In this document: positions 19,251 through 28,744 of the stretch, in pieces
Numbering within the stretch: position 1 is the stretch's first letter
Layout of the letters: each line of letters begins with the position of its first letter
Assembly (NCBI GenBank): GCA_029932675.1
Contig: JAOZPP010000001.1
Coordinates: 24,099-88,098, forward strand
DNA length: 64,000 nucleotides
From: a bacterium
GTDB lineage: Bacteria; SM23-81; DAOVCL01
Direction: 5' to 3'
Translations under genes and position numbers: made by a program
Notes under the pieces: model-generated
Told to the model about the DNA's origin: nothing
What the model saw: the letters and a program-made list of their open reading frames with translations, nothing else
Databases searched by the model: none

Positions 19251-20705
19251 TTAATTTCCAATTCTAAATACGCTTGCCACCTCATCCCTATACAAAAAGG
19301 TGGTGGTCTCCTTGAGAAACTGCTCCAACCGTTTTTCATGGCCAAAAACTAAAACATAATCATATTGGGGCAAAAATTCCTTCCAGTCAATAGCTCCTTT
19401 GAACTTATAGTAAAATTCGTCTGGAGCATAGTATGCTTTTCTATATCTCAATGGCTGTTGACCCCTGTAAGCAAACAGATAAGGGGTAATACCCGCTTTT
19501 TCAATTACATAGTAAGCCCAAAAATGCTGGTAAGGATTGATACGGCCCTTTTCCGCGATGCAATTGATGGGTAAAATGACCTTGTAGGGCGGATTTTTCA
19601 TCATCGCCTCATAAGAAGGCTCTAACTCCTTATCAATAGATCTATAATTGACAAATGTCGTGCCGACCTGTAAGAATTGTATAGTTACAACAGCAGGAAG
19701 AAAATATTTGATCATTTTCTCTTCTGGAGGTTTCACTAAAACAAGACCAATAAACATAAGAAATGGCAACATACGAACATCTACGTCCCCTCCTCCATGG
19801 AACCCATAGGGGAGAATCAGATACACTATAAATAGGGATATGAATACCCATAGCCATTTGCTTTTCCTTAAGGGAGAACGATGGAACCAGTCTGAGCTAA
19901 AGCCCATTATCAACACCACGGTGCACATCAGCAAGAAAATATCCTTTAACGGAGAAAAGTTTATATACATTCCTCCTAATGCTAAAAGCTTTTTGTAAAG
20001 TGTGCGGAAATAAATCCGCTGACTCCCCCCACCAGAACTCATATAGAAAATAAATAAAGCCAAGGAGGGAAGAGCTGTCAGAAAAATTTTTATAACCCTT
20101 CGACGATCTTCAAAGATCTTGAATACCACAAACAGGGGGAGAGTAAGCATCATCAAGGTGTAAGAAAACAGATGCGAAAAGTAAAGGACAACCCAGCTCA
20201 TCAAAAGGATAATCCACTTTCTAATCGATGGTTTTCCATAATATCTCAATCCGAGGGATAAACATAAGAAGAATATGGAAATACTTGCATAGTAATTCAA
20301 ATACCCCATATTAAAAAACCAATTATAAGCCCATAATACCGCAATCATAGCATAAGATAGATTTCTGGGTTCCACGGTGGCAACAAAGCAGGCAACAGCC
20401 AATGGTAGCAAAAGCAAATAAAAACTAAGCAGTAATTTACCAGCAAGTAAAGGGGAAACAAAACGGACAAGGGGGACTAAGATGAAATCAGAAATTAAAT
20501 TGGGCAGAGGGTAATAGCTTATAGAGAAATTCCGCTGGTATATGCTCTCGGAACTGTAGTCGGCAATTATCTTCGCTCGGGCTAAATGGTTAGGGTAATC
20601 CTGCAACGGCGGAAACTTCACAGACCACAGAGGAATCAAGTTAGACAGGAGAAGCAGGATAAATACAATAAGAATGTATCTTCTATGTTCAAAAGGTTCT
20701 TCCAT
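19251..20705 (-). CDS. polytopic integral membrane protein of unknown function (possibly polysaccharide-related GT-C-like)
   Basis: About 12 predicted TM helices. No recognised catalytic motif. Confidence 0.5.
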   Translation of the reverse strand: MEEPFEHRRYILIVFILLLLSNLIPLWSVKFPPLQDYPNHLARAKIIADYSSESIYQRNFSISYYPLPNLISDFILVPLVRFVSPLLAGKLLLSFYLLLLPLAVACFVATVEPRNLSYAMIAVLWAYNWFFNMGYLNYYASISIFFLCLSLGLRYYGKPSIRKWIILLMSWVVLYFSHLFSYTLMMLTLPLFVVFKIFEDRRRVIKIFLTALPSLALFIFYMSSGGGSQRIYFRTLYKKLLALGGMYINFSPLKDIFLLMCTVVLIMGFSSDWFHRSPLRKSKWLWVFISLFIVYLILPYGFHGGGDVDVRMLPFLMFIGLVLVKPPEEKMIKYFLPAVVTIQFLQVGTTFVNYRSIDKELEPSYEAMMKNPPYKVILPINCIAEKGRINPYQHFWAYYVIEKAGITPYLFAYRGQQPLRYRKAYYAPDEFYYKFKGAIDWKEFLPQYDYVLVFGHEKRLEQFLKETTTFLYRDEVASVFRIGN

Positions 20706-20896
20706 TCGTATCTTTATTCACTGGAGAGACAGATATTTATTATCTCTCCGCATCCTTCAGATTCTAATAGCTGGAGCTCGCGGCTATAAGGAGTAAAATC
20801 TCTCCGCCCTGTACTATATCATATTCTCGAAGAACTTCCAAGTCCTTTCTTTAAGAAATTGAATTGAGGACCTCGTGGCAGAATATCAACAATCGT

Positions 20897-21538
20897 TCAA
20901 TGCGGTAAGGATTCACATATATAGGGGAAAATCTGTTGAATGAACTCCTTTTCTAACTTCAAGGTTGCCTGCGGGTTACCCCCCATAACTGGTGCAGAGA
21001 TCCGAATTAGAGCCCTATCACTTCGCTTGCCTAAAATTCTCTTCATAATTAATTTGATCCTTTGCCTCAGTTCGTCACTGGTCACCTTGTCTCCGGATTG
21101 AAACCAATACAGGACGAGCCGAGTCTGGTCACCTTTGCGAAGGAGGAGTTTATCAACCTTGATTTTTTTTTCGCTTATATTTATCGGTTCCCTTCCTTTC
21201 TCAAGCACCGTCCATCCCAAAGCAGGATAACAGGTGCCCGGGGTATGCTCCAAAAATGATCCGCTTTGTTGCGAATAGTAACCTAAATAGAAGTAAATAC
21301 TTTCGTCCCCCCCGTTAGTATACCTCCTGAAGAAAGTAGTATCTGCCCTCACCGCCGCATAGACATAATCGTCGAACTCAAGCTCTATGCCTTCCCAATC
21401 CCCAAGTCTCTCTGGTAAATTCCCAAAAGAGGAAACCACCTTGGAAGACTCAGCAAAGTAAGTCAGATAGTTAGTATAAAACCCAGTCAGGGCAACAATG
21501 GCAAGTGCTACCCAGTAACTTTTCTGCACTCTATTCAT
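20897..21538 (-). CDS. epsI: exosortase-associated EpsI family protein
   Basis: About 210 aa with an N-terminal TM. Family-like profile. Lies just downstream of the exosortase gene, as in XrtA/EpsH-EpsI pairs. Confidence 0.55.
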   Translation of the reverse strand: MNRVQKSYWVALAIVALTGFYTNYLTYFAESSKVVSSFGNLPERLGDWEGIELEFDDYVYAAVRADTTFFRRYTNGGDESIYFYLGYYSQQSGSFLEHTPGTCYPALGWTVLEKGREPINISEKKIKVDKLLLRKGDQTRLVLYWFQSGDKVTSDELRQRIKLIMKRILGKRSDRALIRISAPVMGGNPQATLKLEKEFIQQIFPYICESLPH

Positions 21539-21745
21539 CCTTTTGCCACAGAAAGTGAAATATTTCAGAGAAAGTTGGACTTTTTAGGGCTTTTAAAATG
21601 TTGTGGTTCCCTAACGCATAACGCAGGATTTTTATTCGGTGACCTTCGGTGCTGAATGAATGTTATTTACCCTGTTCATCCTGTCAATCCTGTCTAAAAA
21701 TGGAAGTTCTCACGATTTAAGGTTCAAAATCTACAAAATCTGCGG

Positions 21746-22582
21746 TCATCTGTGTTCTTCAGTGGCAGTCTTCCCCTTTAAGATAGCCCCAAATATAGCT
21801 AACAAAATCAGGGAAAAGGCAAAGACCGTAATCCCGGAGAATTTATGAAAAAAGCCCTCTGCCATCTCTCTTCCAAAAAGATGTGAAAGAACCCCGGTAA
21901 GGGAGATTCTCGCTATGTTGGCAGCAATGGCTATAGGGATAGTAAAAAGAAATAGAACCGCTCTCTTCCAAAGAATCTTCTGATGAAGATAAGAAAAGAT
22001 GGCGCCAAGAGCCATCAATGAAATCAGAGACCTGAGCCCACTGCAGGCAGTTGCCACTTCCATAGTAAGATTAGGCAGATAGATGACATTCCCCTCCCTA
22101 ACGGCGGAGACACCAAGAGAGGAAAGAATTATCATCGATAATCTGCTGGCAAAAAGTTTAAGGGGAAGGGTGATTTGATTGTAGAGACTATCCGGGAAAG
22201 GGAAGAGGAAAACAAGATATAACCAGGGGAAAAGGAGCTCTGTGGTCATCTCTCTTCCAGTGAGCCAAAGGAGCAGTCCCCCTAAGACCATCAAGAAAGA
22301 GATGTTTGTACCAGTTGAAGACCAGGTTAACGTGCTCAAAATATATAAAAGACAACCGAATATCAACACGGGTAACCCAAACTCCGCTGGATCATTTCCA
22401 ATGGATGATATTCTCCCTCTCTTTCGCCAGACGATAAAAAGGGAAATGGGAAGGATGAGAAAACCATGGGAGTAGTCAGGATCCCAATGCCATCTATCCA
22501 CCAAACTAAAGAACATCGGATGATAGGCAAAGATCACCAAGAGAGAGATTAAAAATATTCTCCAGAATTTCTTTATAGACAT
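21746..22582 (-). CDS. xrt: exosortase (EpsH/Xrt family transpeptidase)
   Basis: N-terminal WHWDPDYSHGFLILPISLF motif. Active-site-like ATACSGLRS (Cys) and ANIARIS (Asn/Arg) motifs. Eight TM segments. Confidence 0.8.
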   Translation of the reverse strand: MSIKKFWRIFLISLLVIFAYHPMFFSLVDRWHWDPDYSHGFLILPISLFIVWRKRGRISSIGNDPAEFGLPVLIFGCLLYILSTLTWSSTGTNISFLMVLGGLLLWLTGREMTTELLFPWLYLVFLFPFPDSLYNQITLPLKLFASRLSMIILSSLGVSAVREGNVIYLPNLTMEVATACSGLRSLISLMALGAIFSYLHQKILWKRAVLFLFTIPIAIAANIARISLTGVLSHLFGREMAEGFFHKFSGITVFAFSLILLAIFGAILKGKTATEEHR

Positions 22583-22651
22583 TTCCTATGGATAGGAAGG
22601 TGTTAGGTTTTAGGAAATAGCTTAGAGAAGACGGGTGATAGGTGTTAGGTG

Positions 22652-23071
22652 TTAAGTGGAGAGGCGATGCTCATCCTTCCATTTGAGCAAGGATTTCTCC
22701 AATGCTCTCAGCATCTTTCCACACTCCTCGTAGGACTTACTCAACCTCTCGTATTGCCCCCTGGTCAAATAATCCTTGCGAAAAGCTATGAACAAGTGAT
22801 GCAGAGTCTCTTGGAGCTCCCCAAGAGAACGATTTATCCCCTCCAAGTAGATATTTATGTGCTTGTTATTCCAGCCCTCAGCTAAATTAGCTGCTATGGA
22901 ATTAGAAGACCTTCTTATCTGCGATCCTAATTCATAAAGCTCAAACTTAGGGAACTTAAGAGAGAACTTGCTAATCTCCAAATGCAGATCACAAAGCCTT
23001 TTGTATACCTCCAAATCCCCAAAGCTCTCTATCTTCTTATTGTCTTTTACCTTAAACCTACCACCTTCCAC
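22652..23071 (-). CDS. four-helix-bundle protein (23S rRNA intervening-sequence protein family, TIGR02436-like)
   Basis: SFGDLEVYKRLCDLHLEISKFSLKFPKFELYELGSQIRRSSNSIAANLAEGW is a typical family signature. Apparent GTG start. Confidence 0.6.
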   Translation of the reverse strand: MEGGRFKVKDNKKIESFGDLEVYKRLCDLHLEISKFSLKFPKFELYELGSQIRRSSNSIAANLAEGWNNKHINIYLEGINRSLGELQETLHHLFIAFRKDYLTRGQYERLSKSYEECGKMLRALEKSLLKWKDEHRLST

Positions 23072-23120
23072 CTTCTACCTTCTACCTTCTACCTATCACC
23101 TCTAACCTATCACTCACCTA

Positions 23121-23867
23121 TCACCTGATTACCACCATCCTTTTCGTCTTTCTCGCCTTTAACCTATCACCTACCACCTCTAACCTATAAAAATATACCC
23201 CACTGCAAACCTCTTCCCCAAAATTGTCCCTTCCATCCCACACGACCCTATAATAACCCGGCTCCTTTTCTCCGTCAATCAGATCTCTCACCTTCTCTCC
23301 CAAGCTATTGTAAACTTTTAAGGTTATGGGTATGAGGTGAGAGGCGTTAGGTTCCCCTTTCACCTTAAACCTTTCACCTATCACCTGGGGGACGGTGTAG
23401 CGGATGGTGGTGGACGAATTGAACGGATTGGGGAAATTTTGACTTAGTGAAAATCTTTTAGGCAATTCTTTCCCTTGAGTCTCATCAACACCCGATAAGG
23501 TAGTATCAGGAGAGGCTTCAGACAATGGCCCCTCCACTCCATCTGAGTCCACAGCAGAGACTTTAACCCAATAGGTATGCCCGGCTGAGCCGACAATAGA
23601 AGATATAGTATCATAAGCAATCTTTACGAACTTATAGCTCGTATCATTGTTTACATCTACCGCCCTATAGACCTTATAATGGTCAACAGGAGCCCCAGTT
23701 TTCGGAGGCGACCAGTGAAAAACAAGTGCATTTTCCTGCCCCAACGCAGAGGTGTTCCCAGGAGACAAAACAGAGTAGAGAACCACGATAGTCAGTAGAA
23801 AAAATGGCAACATCCGCAATTTTTGGGTCAATTTCCCCTCTCTCAAAAGTATAGCAGGAACAGGCAT
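23121..23867 (-). CDS. secreted FN3-like domain protein with T9SS type-A C-terminal sorting domain (paralog of the N- and C-termini of 15920..18991)
   Basis: FHWSPPKTGAPVDHYKVYRAVD matches CWSPPTQGSPVDHYNIYESVD in the larger protein. C-terminal NFPNPFNSSTTIRYTVP...ITLKVYNSLGEKVRDL...SGVYFYRLEV. Start is ambiguous (ATG at 23867, 23813 or 23933). Confidence 0.7.
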   Translation of the reverse strand: MPVPAILLREGKLTQKLRMLPFFLLTIVVLYSVLSPGNTSALGQENALVFHWSPPKTGAPVDHYKVYRAVDVNNDTSYKFVKIAYDTISSIVGSAGHTYWVKVSAVDSDGVEGPLSEASPDTTLSGVDETQGKELPKRFSLSQNFPNPFNSSTTIRYTVPQVIGERFKVKGEPNASHLIPITLKVYNSLGEKVRDLIDGEKEPGYYRVVWDGRDNFGEEVCSGVYFYRLEVVGDRLKARKTKRMVVIR

Positions 23868-23942
23868 TAGGTTCGTGGACTGTTCCTTCCCTAACGCTTG
23901 GATATTACTCGTCTTACGGACTCTTCTCCTCATAGTACACCT

Positions 23943-25625
23943 CTATCGCCATTGGGGTTGACCTGGTTGACCGATGGGCCACAAGGTATCACACATAACC
24001 CTAACTTCTTGACCCTTCTTTGGTAGGTCCGTAGCTCGTATAATTACAGGATAAGCGTTTGAGGTAGGAAAGGTATAATCAAGATAGTATTCCTTTGCTC
24101 TCTTGCTATCTTCTGTAATGGAAGGATGAACAGCAACCGTATCCCCATCCCCAAAGTCAACTTTCATTACAATGGTAGCGCTATCAACCCCTATACCTTT
24201 GTCCCGAATAGCAAAATGAATATGGGGTAGATTTCCATCCGATGTCCAGCTCGTGTCCGCAATATAAGGCGGGTTTGTGTCATCCCAACCGTCGTAAGGG
24301 AGTGCCCCTATATCTCCCCCATCATCAGCAGCCCTGATGCAGGGTGAACCCTCACGCAAGCGGTAGTCATCACTGGCAGGGTCAACAAACATAGGATCAG
24401 CTTTCATCCCATGGATTTCACACCCTTTAGATGTTCTAATACCGCTTAAAGTATAATTTGTATAATGGTTCCATTGCTGGATATATTCCGAGGCATCATA
24501 ATAACAATTATAATCGACATAATAGGAATCAGGTTGACTGGCGTCTGGATTTTCCGTCCACATCTCTAACCCCCTATACCCCCCATATATGTAGCATATA
24601 TTATTTTTGACGGTGACACCGTTAGCGCCACCTGGGGGGTTAGATGGACTCTCCTCGGGGATGCTAATACTCGCCTGAGTCATATTCACCACAGTATTAT
24701 GTTCTACCTTGGAATAATCACCACCAGTAACATCTCCCAAATCAAAACCAATCTGGATTCCATAAGATTCGCTCCCTCGTCCATCGTAAATCAAATTGTT
24801 TTTAACTATTGTCGAGTCATAACGAGCGTGGATACCTATTATTATATCGTGAATTTTATTGTTTAAACAATAGAAATGCCCTGGTTCTCCTGGTTCTTTA
24901 TATTTTATCCCAACATTCATATCGTAAAATTCGCAATTTTCAATTCGGATTTCCCTTGTCCTCCGAGGTGTAGGATCGTGAGAACTGCTTCCATATATTG
25001 TTATGCCCGTATTGTTCATTTTAACTGGCTCAAAAGCCAATGTATCCTCTCGGTTATGAAATATGGTGCAATTTTTTATCGTTATCGAATCGGAAAATTG
25101 GATAAAAAAAGCTCCAACATTGTCGTCCCCTTGAGTGCTGCAGATAACACAATTTTTAAACTCTAATTTTTTACATTCCCAGATGAAGATTGCCTGTCCT
25201 CCCCAGTCGTTGGTTTTAGTGACATCACCACTGTTAACTATGTTTACAGAGTCCACAGTGATATAATTTCTTGCACTATCGGGCTGGTGATCCTTGCCGA
25301 ACCGCCAGACATGATGGATACTATGCTGAGCATCTATCCATACATCGGCTCCTGGGTATGCTTTATAGACTATCCTATTAGAGTATGTACCCGAATTTGC
25401 TGGAATAATGTTACTCTCATAGTATCTTCCCTCCATAATCAGCACTGTATCCCCAGCCTGCAGAGTCTGAGCGGCGTGGTTTATCGTGGCCCAGGCGTTG
25501 GCCGTGTCCAGTCCAGAGTTGGCATCGTTGCCAGTCTTGGATACATAATAAGTTGTGGAGCTTACCTCACCCCACGAGAAGAAAACTGCTAACATTACAA
25601 TACCGAAAACCGGGAATTTCTTCAT
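23943..25625 (-). CDS. secreted right-handed parallel beta-helix repeat protein (pectate-lyase fold; probable polysaccharide lyase/hydrolase)
   Basis: Signal peptide MKKFPVFGIVMLAVFFSWG. Multiple PbH1-type repeats (ITIKNCTIFHN, IRIENCEFYDMNVGI, VVNMTQASISI). Confidence 0.65.
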   Translation of the reverse strand: MKKFPVFGIVMLAVFFSWGEVSSTTYYVSKTGNDANSGLDTANAWATINHAAQTLQAGDTVLIMEGRYYESNIIPANSGTYSNRIVYKAYPGADVWIDAQHSIHHVWRFGKDHQPDSARNYITVDSVNIVNSGDVTKTNDWGGQAIFIWECKKLEFKNCVICSTQGDDNVGAFFIQFSDSITIKNCTIFHNREDTLAFEPVKMNNTGITIYGSSSHDPTPRRTREIRIENCEFYDMNVGIKYKEPGEPGHFYCLNNKIHDIIIGIHARYDSTIVKNNLIYDGRGSESYGIQIGFDLGDVTGGDYSKVEHNTVVNMTQASISIPEESPSNPPGGANGVTVKNNICYIYGGYRGLEMWTENPDASQPDSYYVDYNCYYDASEYIQQWNHYTNYTLSGIRTSKGCEIHGMKADPMFVDPASDDYRLREGSPCIRAADDGGDIGALPYDGWDDTNPPYIADTSWTSDGNLPHIHFAIRDKGIGVDSATIVMKVDFGDGDTVAVHPSITEDSKRAKEYYLDYTFPTSNAYPVIIRATDLPKKGQEVRVMCDTLWPIGQPGQPQWR

Positions 25626-25743
25626 TGATGCTCCCTCCCAGATTTTTTGACTCACCCACTGAAAGTTAAGCTTCTGATTCTAAAATATTTATGCAATTCT
25701 TGTGCCAAGCGACAGAAAACGATTTTAAGGACTTAACTGATAG

Positions 25744-25866
25744 TACGGCAAAAAGTCCAATTAAAAGCTATAACTGGTTAAGCCTCAAAATGTAACCCAT
25801 TTATTTTCAATGCGATGCATTTTGCATCTGTAGTGCCCTAGAGCAAATTTTGACTTTTTGCCGTAC
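25744..25866. repeat. 123-bp palindromic element: perfect 15-bp terminal inverted repeats GTACGGCAAAAAGTC with an inner GATGCAtttTGCATC palindrome
   Basis: Arms at ~25744-25758 and ~25852-25866, with the inner palindrome at ~25814-25828. Lies at the GC-content transition. Confidence 0.6.
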
Positions 25867-26025
25867 CATCTTAACTTACTTATTAACAAAATCATAGTCA
25901 TCCTCTCTGTAATTGTGCTTTTCTATTAAGTGCCTATTTTTAGACCACTCTGTTCTAAAAATTACCAAATCACCATACAAAATTGAGGTATCTAAACTCA
26001 ATAAGTAACACTCAGATTTTATGCC

Positions 26026-27369
26026 TTAAGAAATAAGAGATACAAAGTTTCTCAATTTGCCCGATTTTTCTCTTGGAATCAGGTTAACAAATTCATAGTC
26101 AATATTCATAGATTCACCAAAATATTGGTGAATTTTTATATCCAAATATTCAATGGTTTGCTTTGAGAAATTACTATCTTTGACTATTTCCATTTTTATT
26201 TTATTGACGGTTTCTTGATAAATCTTAAATTGCCGAATTCCCCCATCTCTATTGATTAAATCTTTTATAATGTAATCAAAAATATAGCTATGGAGATGCT
26301 TTCCATCTGGGGTAATTACTACATCGTCTGTCCTACCCACTATCTTTTCAATAAGGGGCAAACCTCTTCCGCATTTACAAATTTTACTTGAAGCCGTACC
26401 CATATCACCAATATCATATCTGATGATGGGAAAGGAGTAGTTGTTTAAATCCGTTACAATTATTTTCTTGAGATTGGCATCATTTTTTAAGTCAGTTTCC
26501 AGAAACTCGGTATAGGTACAGTCGGCCATAAGATGATGACCACCTGATGGACATTGGAAAGCTATTAGACCTGTCTCTGCGGCCCCATATTCGCTCACAA
26601 GCTGACATCCGAAAACTGACTCAATTAAATCTCTTTGAAACTCACTAATAGTCTCTGAAGTACATTTAACCATTTTGAAATTTAGAATCTTACCATTTAA
26701 AGCATTTTCTTTTATAAAAAGGGCAAATTGATAAACCATAGAGGTATAACCCGTAAGGTATTCTGGTTTTTTTCTCAACATCATTTGATAAAAGCGATTT
26801 AAAGTTTCAGGATATAAATTATATTCTTTCTCTCTAAATCTGTTAAGAAGTAAGTCCTTTGCCTTTGTTTTTAGCCTTTCCTTCCAATTTACAGGAACAC
26901 CCCACAACATAGCTTCTTTTGCACCGATATCCAAGCCATACCACCTATGCCCTCTATACATAGCGGCATTGGCATATCCTGTAGCTCTCCTATCTTTGTA
27001 AAATTCTAGAGGTATACCAGTAGAACCAGAGGTTTCAGCTAAGGTAAGAGGCTTACTATGGTTAACCGCCAACATATTTTGCACATTCTTCCTTAAAGTT
27101 TCCTTAGTTAAAATAGGAATCTTAGCGAAATCCTCTGGATTACTTATATCATTCGGATATATGTTATGTTTTTTAAACAAGTTGTGATAATAGCGCACAT
27201 TTTCATAGGCATGTTCCATTAACTTCAATAACTTTCTCCATTGCAATTCCCTAATCTCATCTGGGGAGAGCCATTGATTTTCTTCAAGTTCCTTTAAATA
27301 TCTAAATAAAGGCTCTCTGCGCAGCTTCTCAATTATGTAGAATGTAGTCTTTGCTATTTTTTGATTCAT
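26026..27369 (-). CDS. phenylacetate-CoA ligase family adenylate-forming enzyme (CapK-like, capsule biosynthesis)
   Basis: SGSTGIPLEFYKDRRATGYANAAMYRGHRWYGLDIGAKEAMLWG is an AMP-binding motif of the PaaK/F390-synthetase family. Start at ATG 27367-27369 (MNQKIAK). Confidence 0.65.
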   Translation of the reverse strand: MNQKIAKTTFYIIEKLRREPLFRYLKELEENQWLSPDEIRELQWRKLLKLMEHAYENVRYYHNLFKKHNIYPNDISNPEDFAKIPILTKETLRKNVQNMLAVNHSKPLTLAETSGSTGIPLEFYKDRRATGYANAAMYRGHRWYGLDIGAKEAMLWGVPVNWKERLKTKAKDLLLNRFREKEYNLYPETLNRFYQMMLRKKPEYLTGYTSMVYQFALFIKENALNGKILNFKMVKCTSETISEFQRDLIESVFGCQLVSEYGAAETGLIAFQCPSGGHHLMADCTYTEFLETDLKNDANLKKIIVTDLNNYSFPIIRYDIGDMGTASSKICKCGRGLPLIEKIVGRTDDVVITPDGKHLHSYIFDYIIKDLINRDGGIRQFKIYQETVNKIKMEIVKDSNFSKQTIEYLDIKIHQYFGESMNIDYEFVNLIPREKSGKLRNFVSLIS

Positions 27370-27426
27370 TGTCTCTGATGCCGTCTCTGATTCCAGCTTC
27401 TTCGCAATAGGCGGCATATAATTTAG

Positions 27427-28410
27427 TCAAGAAGATATGGTTAAACGGAGTAACAGTTTTTTGAAGTCTGCTTCCCACATTTTTTGCTTTATGGTTTTGA
27501 TATATGCAATTTCTTTACATATAGTTTTCTTCTTTTTAAGTACTGTATTTATTGATCTCGCTATGTCTGATGGAGTATTCGCTGTAAAAACTGCGCCAGA
27601 ATTAAAATAGTCCCTTAAAGCTTTCTTATCAGAAAGTATCAAAGATTTCTCAACAGCAAGTGCTTCATACATTCCACAAACCAGGCAATCTTCAGATTTT
27701 GTCAAATCCATAATCAAATCAACAGAATGAAGCATTTGAATGTATTTCTCCTCTGGAAGATAACCAGTAAAGATTACATTTGTGGGTATTTTTTCAGGAA
27801 GTTTTTGCAAGTATCTCCTGTAATTTCCAGTGATGTAAATAAATATATTTTTATCAAGTCTTTTGGCCGCACCAATTACCTCTTCTATGGGTTCATCCTC
27901 ACCAAAAGACGAGATATAAAGGATATTGTATCTCCCCTTCAGTCTAATAGGTTCGATCTTAGGAAAATGAGGTATCGGGTCCGGTAAAACAAATCCCTTG
28001 CCACTGTATTTTTCAATCTCGTTTTTGAGATTACTATTCGTTACGATGGTCAAATCGGTGTTACGAATTATGTATTTAGTTAAATTAGTCAACAAAGGTT
28101 CTCTTGAATTCAAATGGTCGATAACTGAATTATGGGCATCGACGACTGCTTTAGCTCTAGTGATTTTTTTATATATTACTGCAAGTAAAGCAAGGACGAT
28201 TGAAGGATTTTCAACAAATAAAGTCCTTGGCCTTTTTATAATAAGCAGGTATACCGTTCTAAAAATGAGAACTGGATATCTAAGGCAACGAGGACCCTTG
28301 AGATCAAATTCATACAATTTAATATTTAACCTTTCACTCAGCGAAATATTTCTGCGTTGGTGTTCCCAGGTCACCCAAATTGTTTTATCTTTCGCTTTAA
28401 AAGTTCCCAT
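27427..28410 (-). CDS. glycosyltransferase (GT1 fold, GT4-like)
   Basis: Rossmann-like two-domain pattern, with C-terminal DCLVCGMYEALAVEKSLIL. Confidence 0.5.
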   Translation of the reverse strand: MGTFKAKDKTIWVTWEHQRRNISLSERLNIKLYEFDLKGPRCLRYPVLIFRTVYLLIIKRPRTLFVENPSIVLALLAVIYKKITRAKAVVDAHNSVIDHLNSREPLLTNLTKYIIRNTDLTIVTNSNLKNEIEKYSGKGFVLPDPIPHFPKIEPIRLKGRYNILYISSFGEDEPIEEVIGAAKRLDKNIFIYITGNYRRYLQKLPEKIPTNVIFTGYLPEEKYIQMLHSVDLIMDLTKSEDCLVCGMYEALAVEKSLILSDKKALRDYFNSGAVFTANTPSDIARSINTVLKKKKTICKEIAYIKTIKQKMWEADFKKLLLRLTISS

Positions 28411-28451
28411 CTATTCATCTCTCTATTGTGTGTATTTACCCTCACCAATCC

Positions 28452-28685
28452 TTAAAACCAAGGGTTCTTTAACCTGGCAATTTGAGTAAGCAATAACAAC
28501 AACTCCTTGGCCACTTTATATCTTCCCAATTTGTTAAGATGACAACCGTCATTGGCAATTCGAATAAATTCTTGGTCGTGATCAACTTTAGGTGGTTTAA
28601 ACATCGACTCCCCCCGCTTGCAAGCTACTAAGGCTGCTGCAAGTAAAGATAACATGATAAGAAAGTCTTTTAGAAATCTATGCAT
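28452..28685 (-). CDS. small predicted lipoprotein (hypothetical)
   Basis: MHRFLKDFLIMLSLLAAALVAC has a positively charged n-region, hydrophobic core and LVAC lipobox. No homolog recognised. Confidence 0.3.
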   Translation of the reverse strand: MHRFLKDFLIMLSLLAAALVACKRGESMFKPPKVDHDQEFIRIANDGCHLNKLGRYKVAKELLLLLTQIARLKNPWF

Positions 28686-28744
28686 TTCTCCACATTACTG
28701 TACCATACCATTCTGATACCTACGGCAGGATTTATTCGCTTTCC

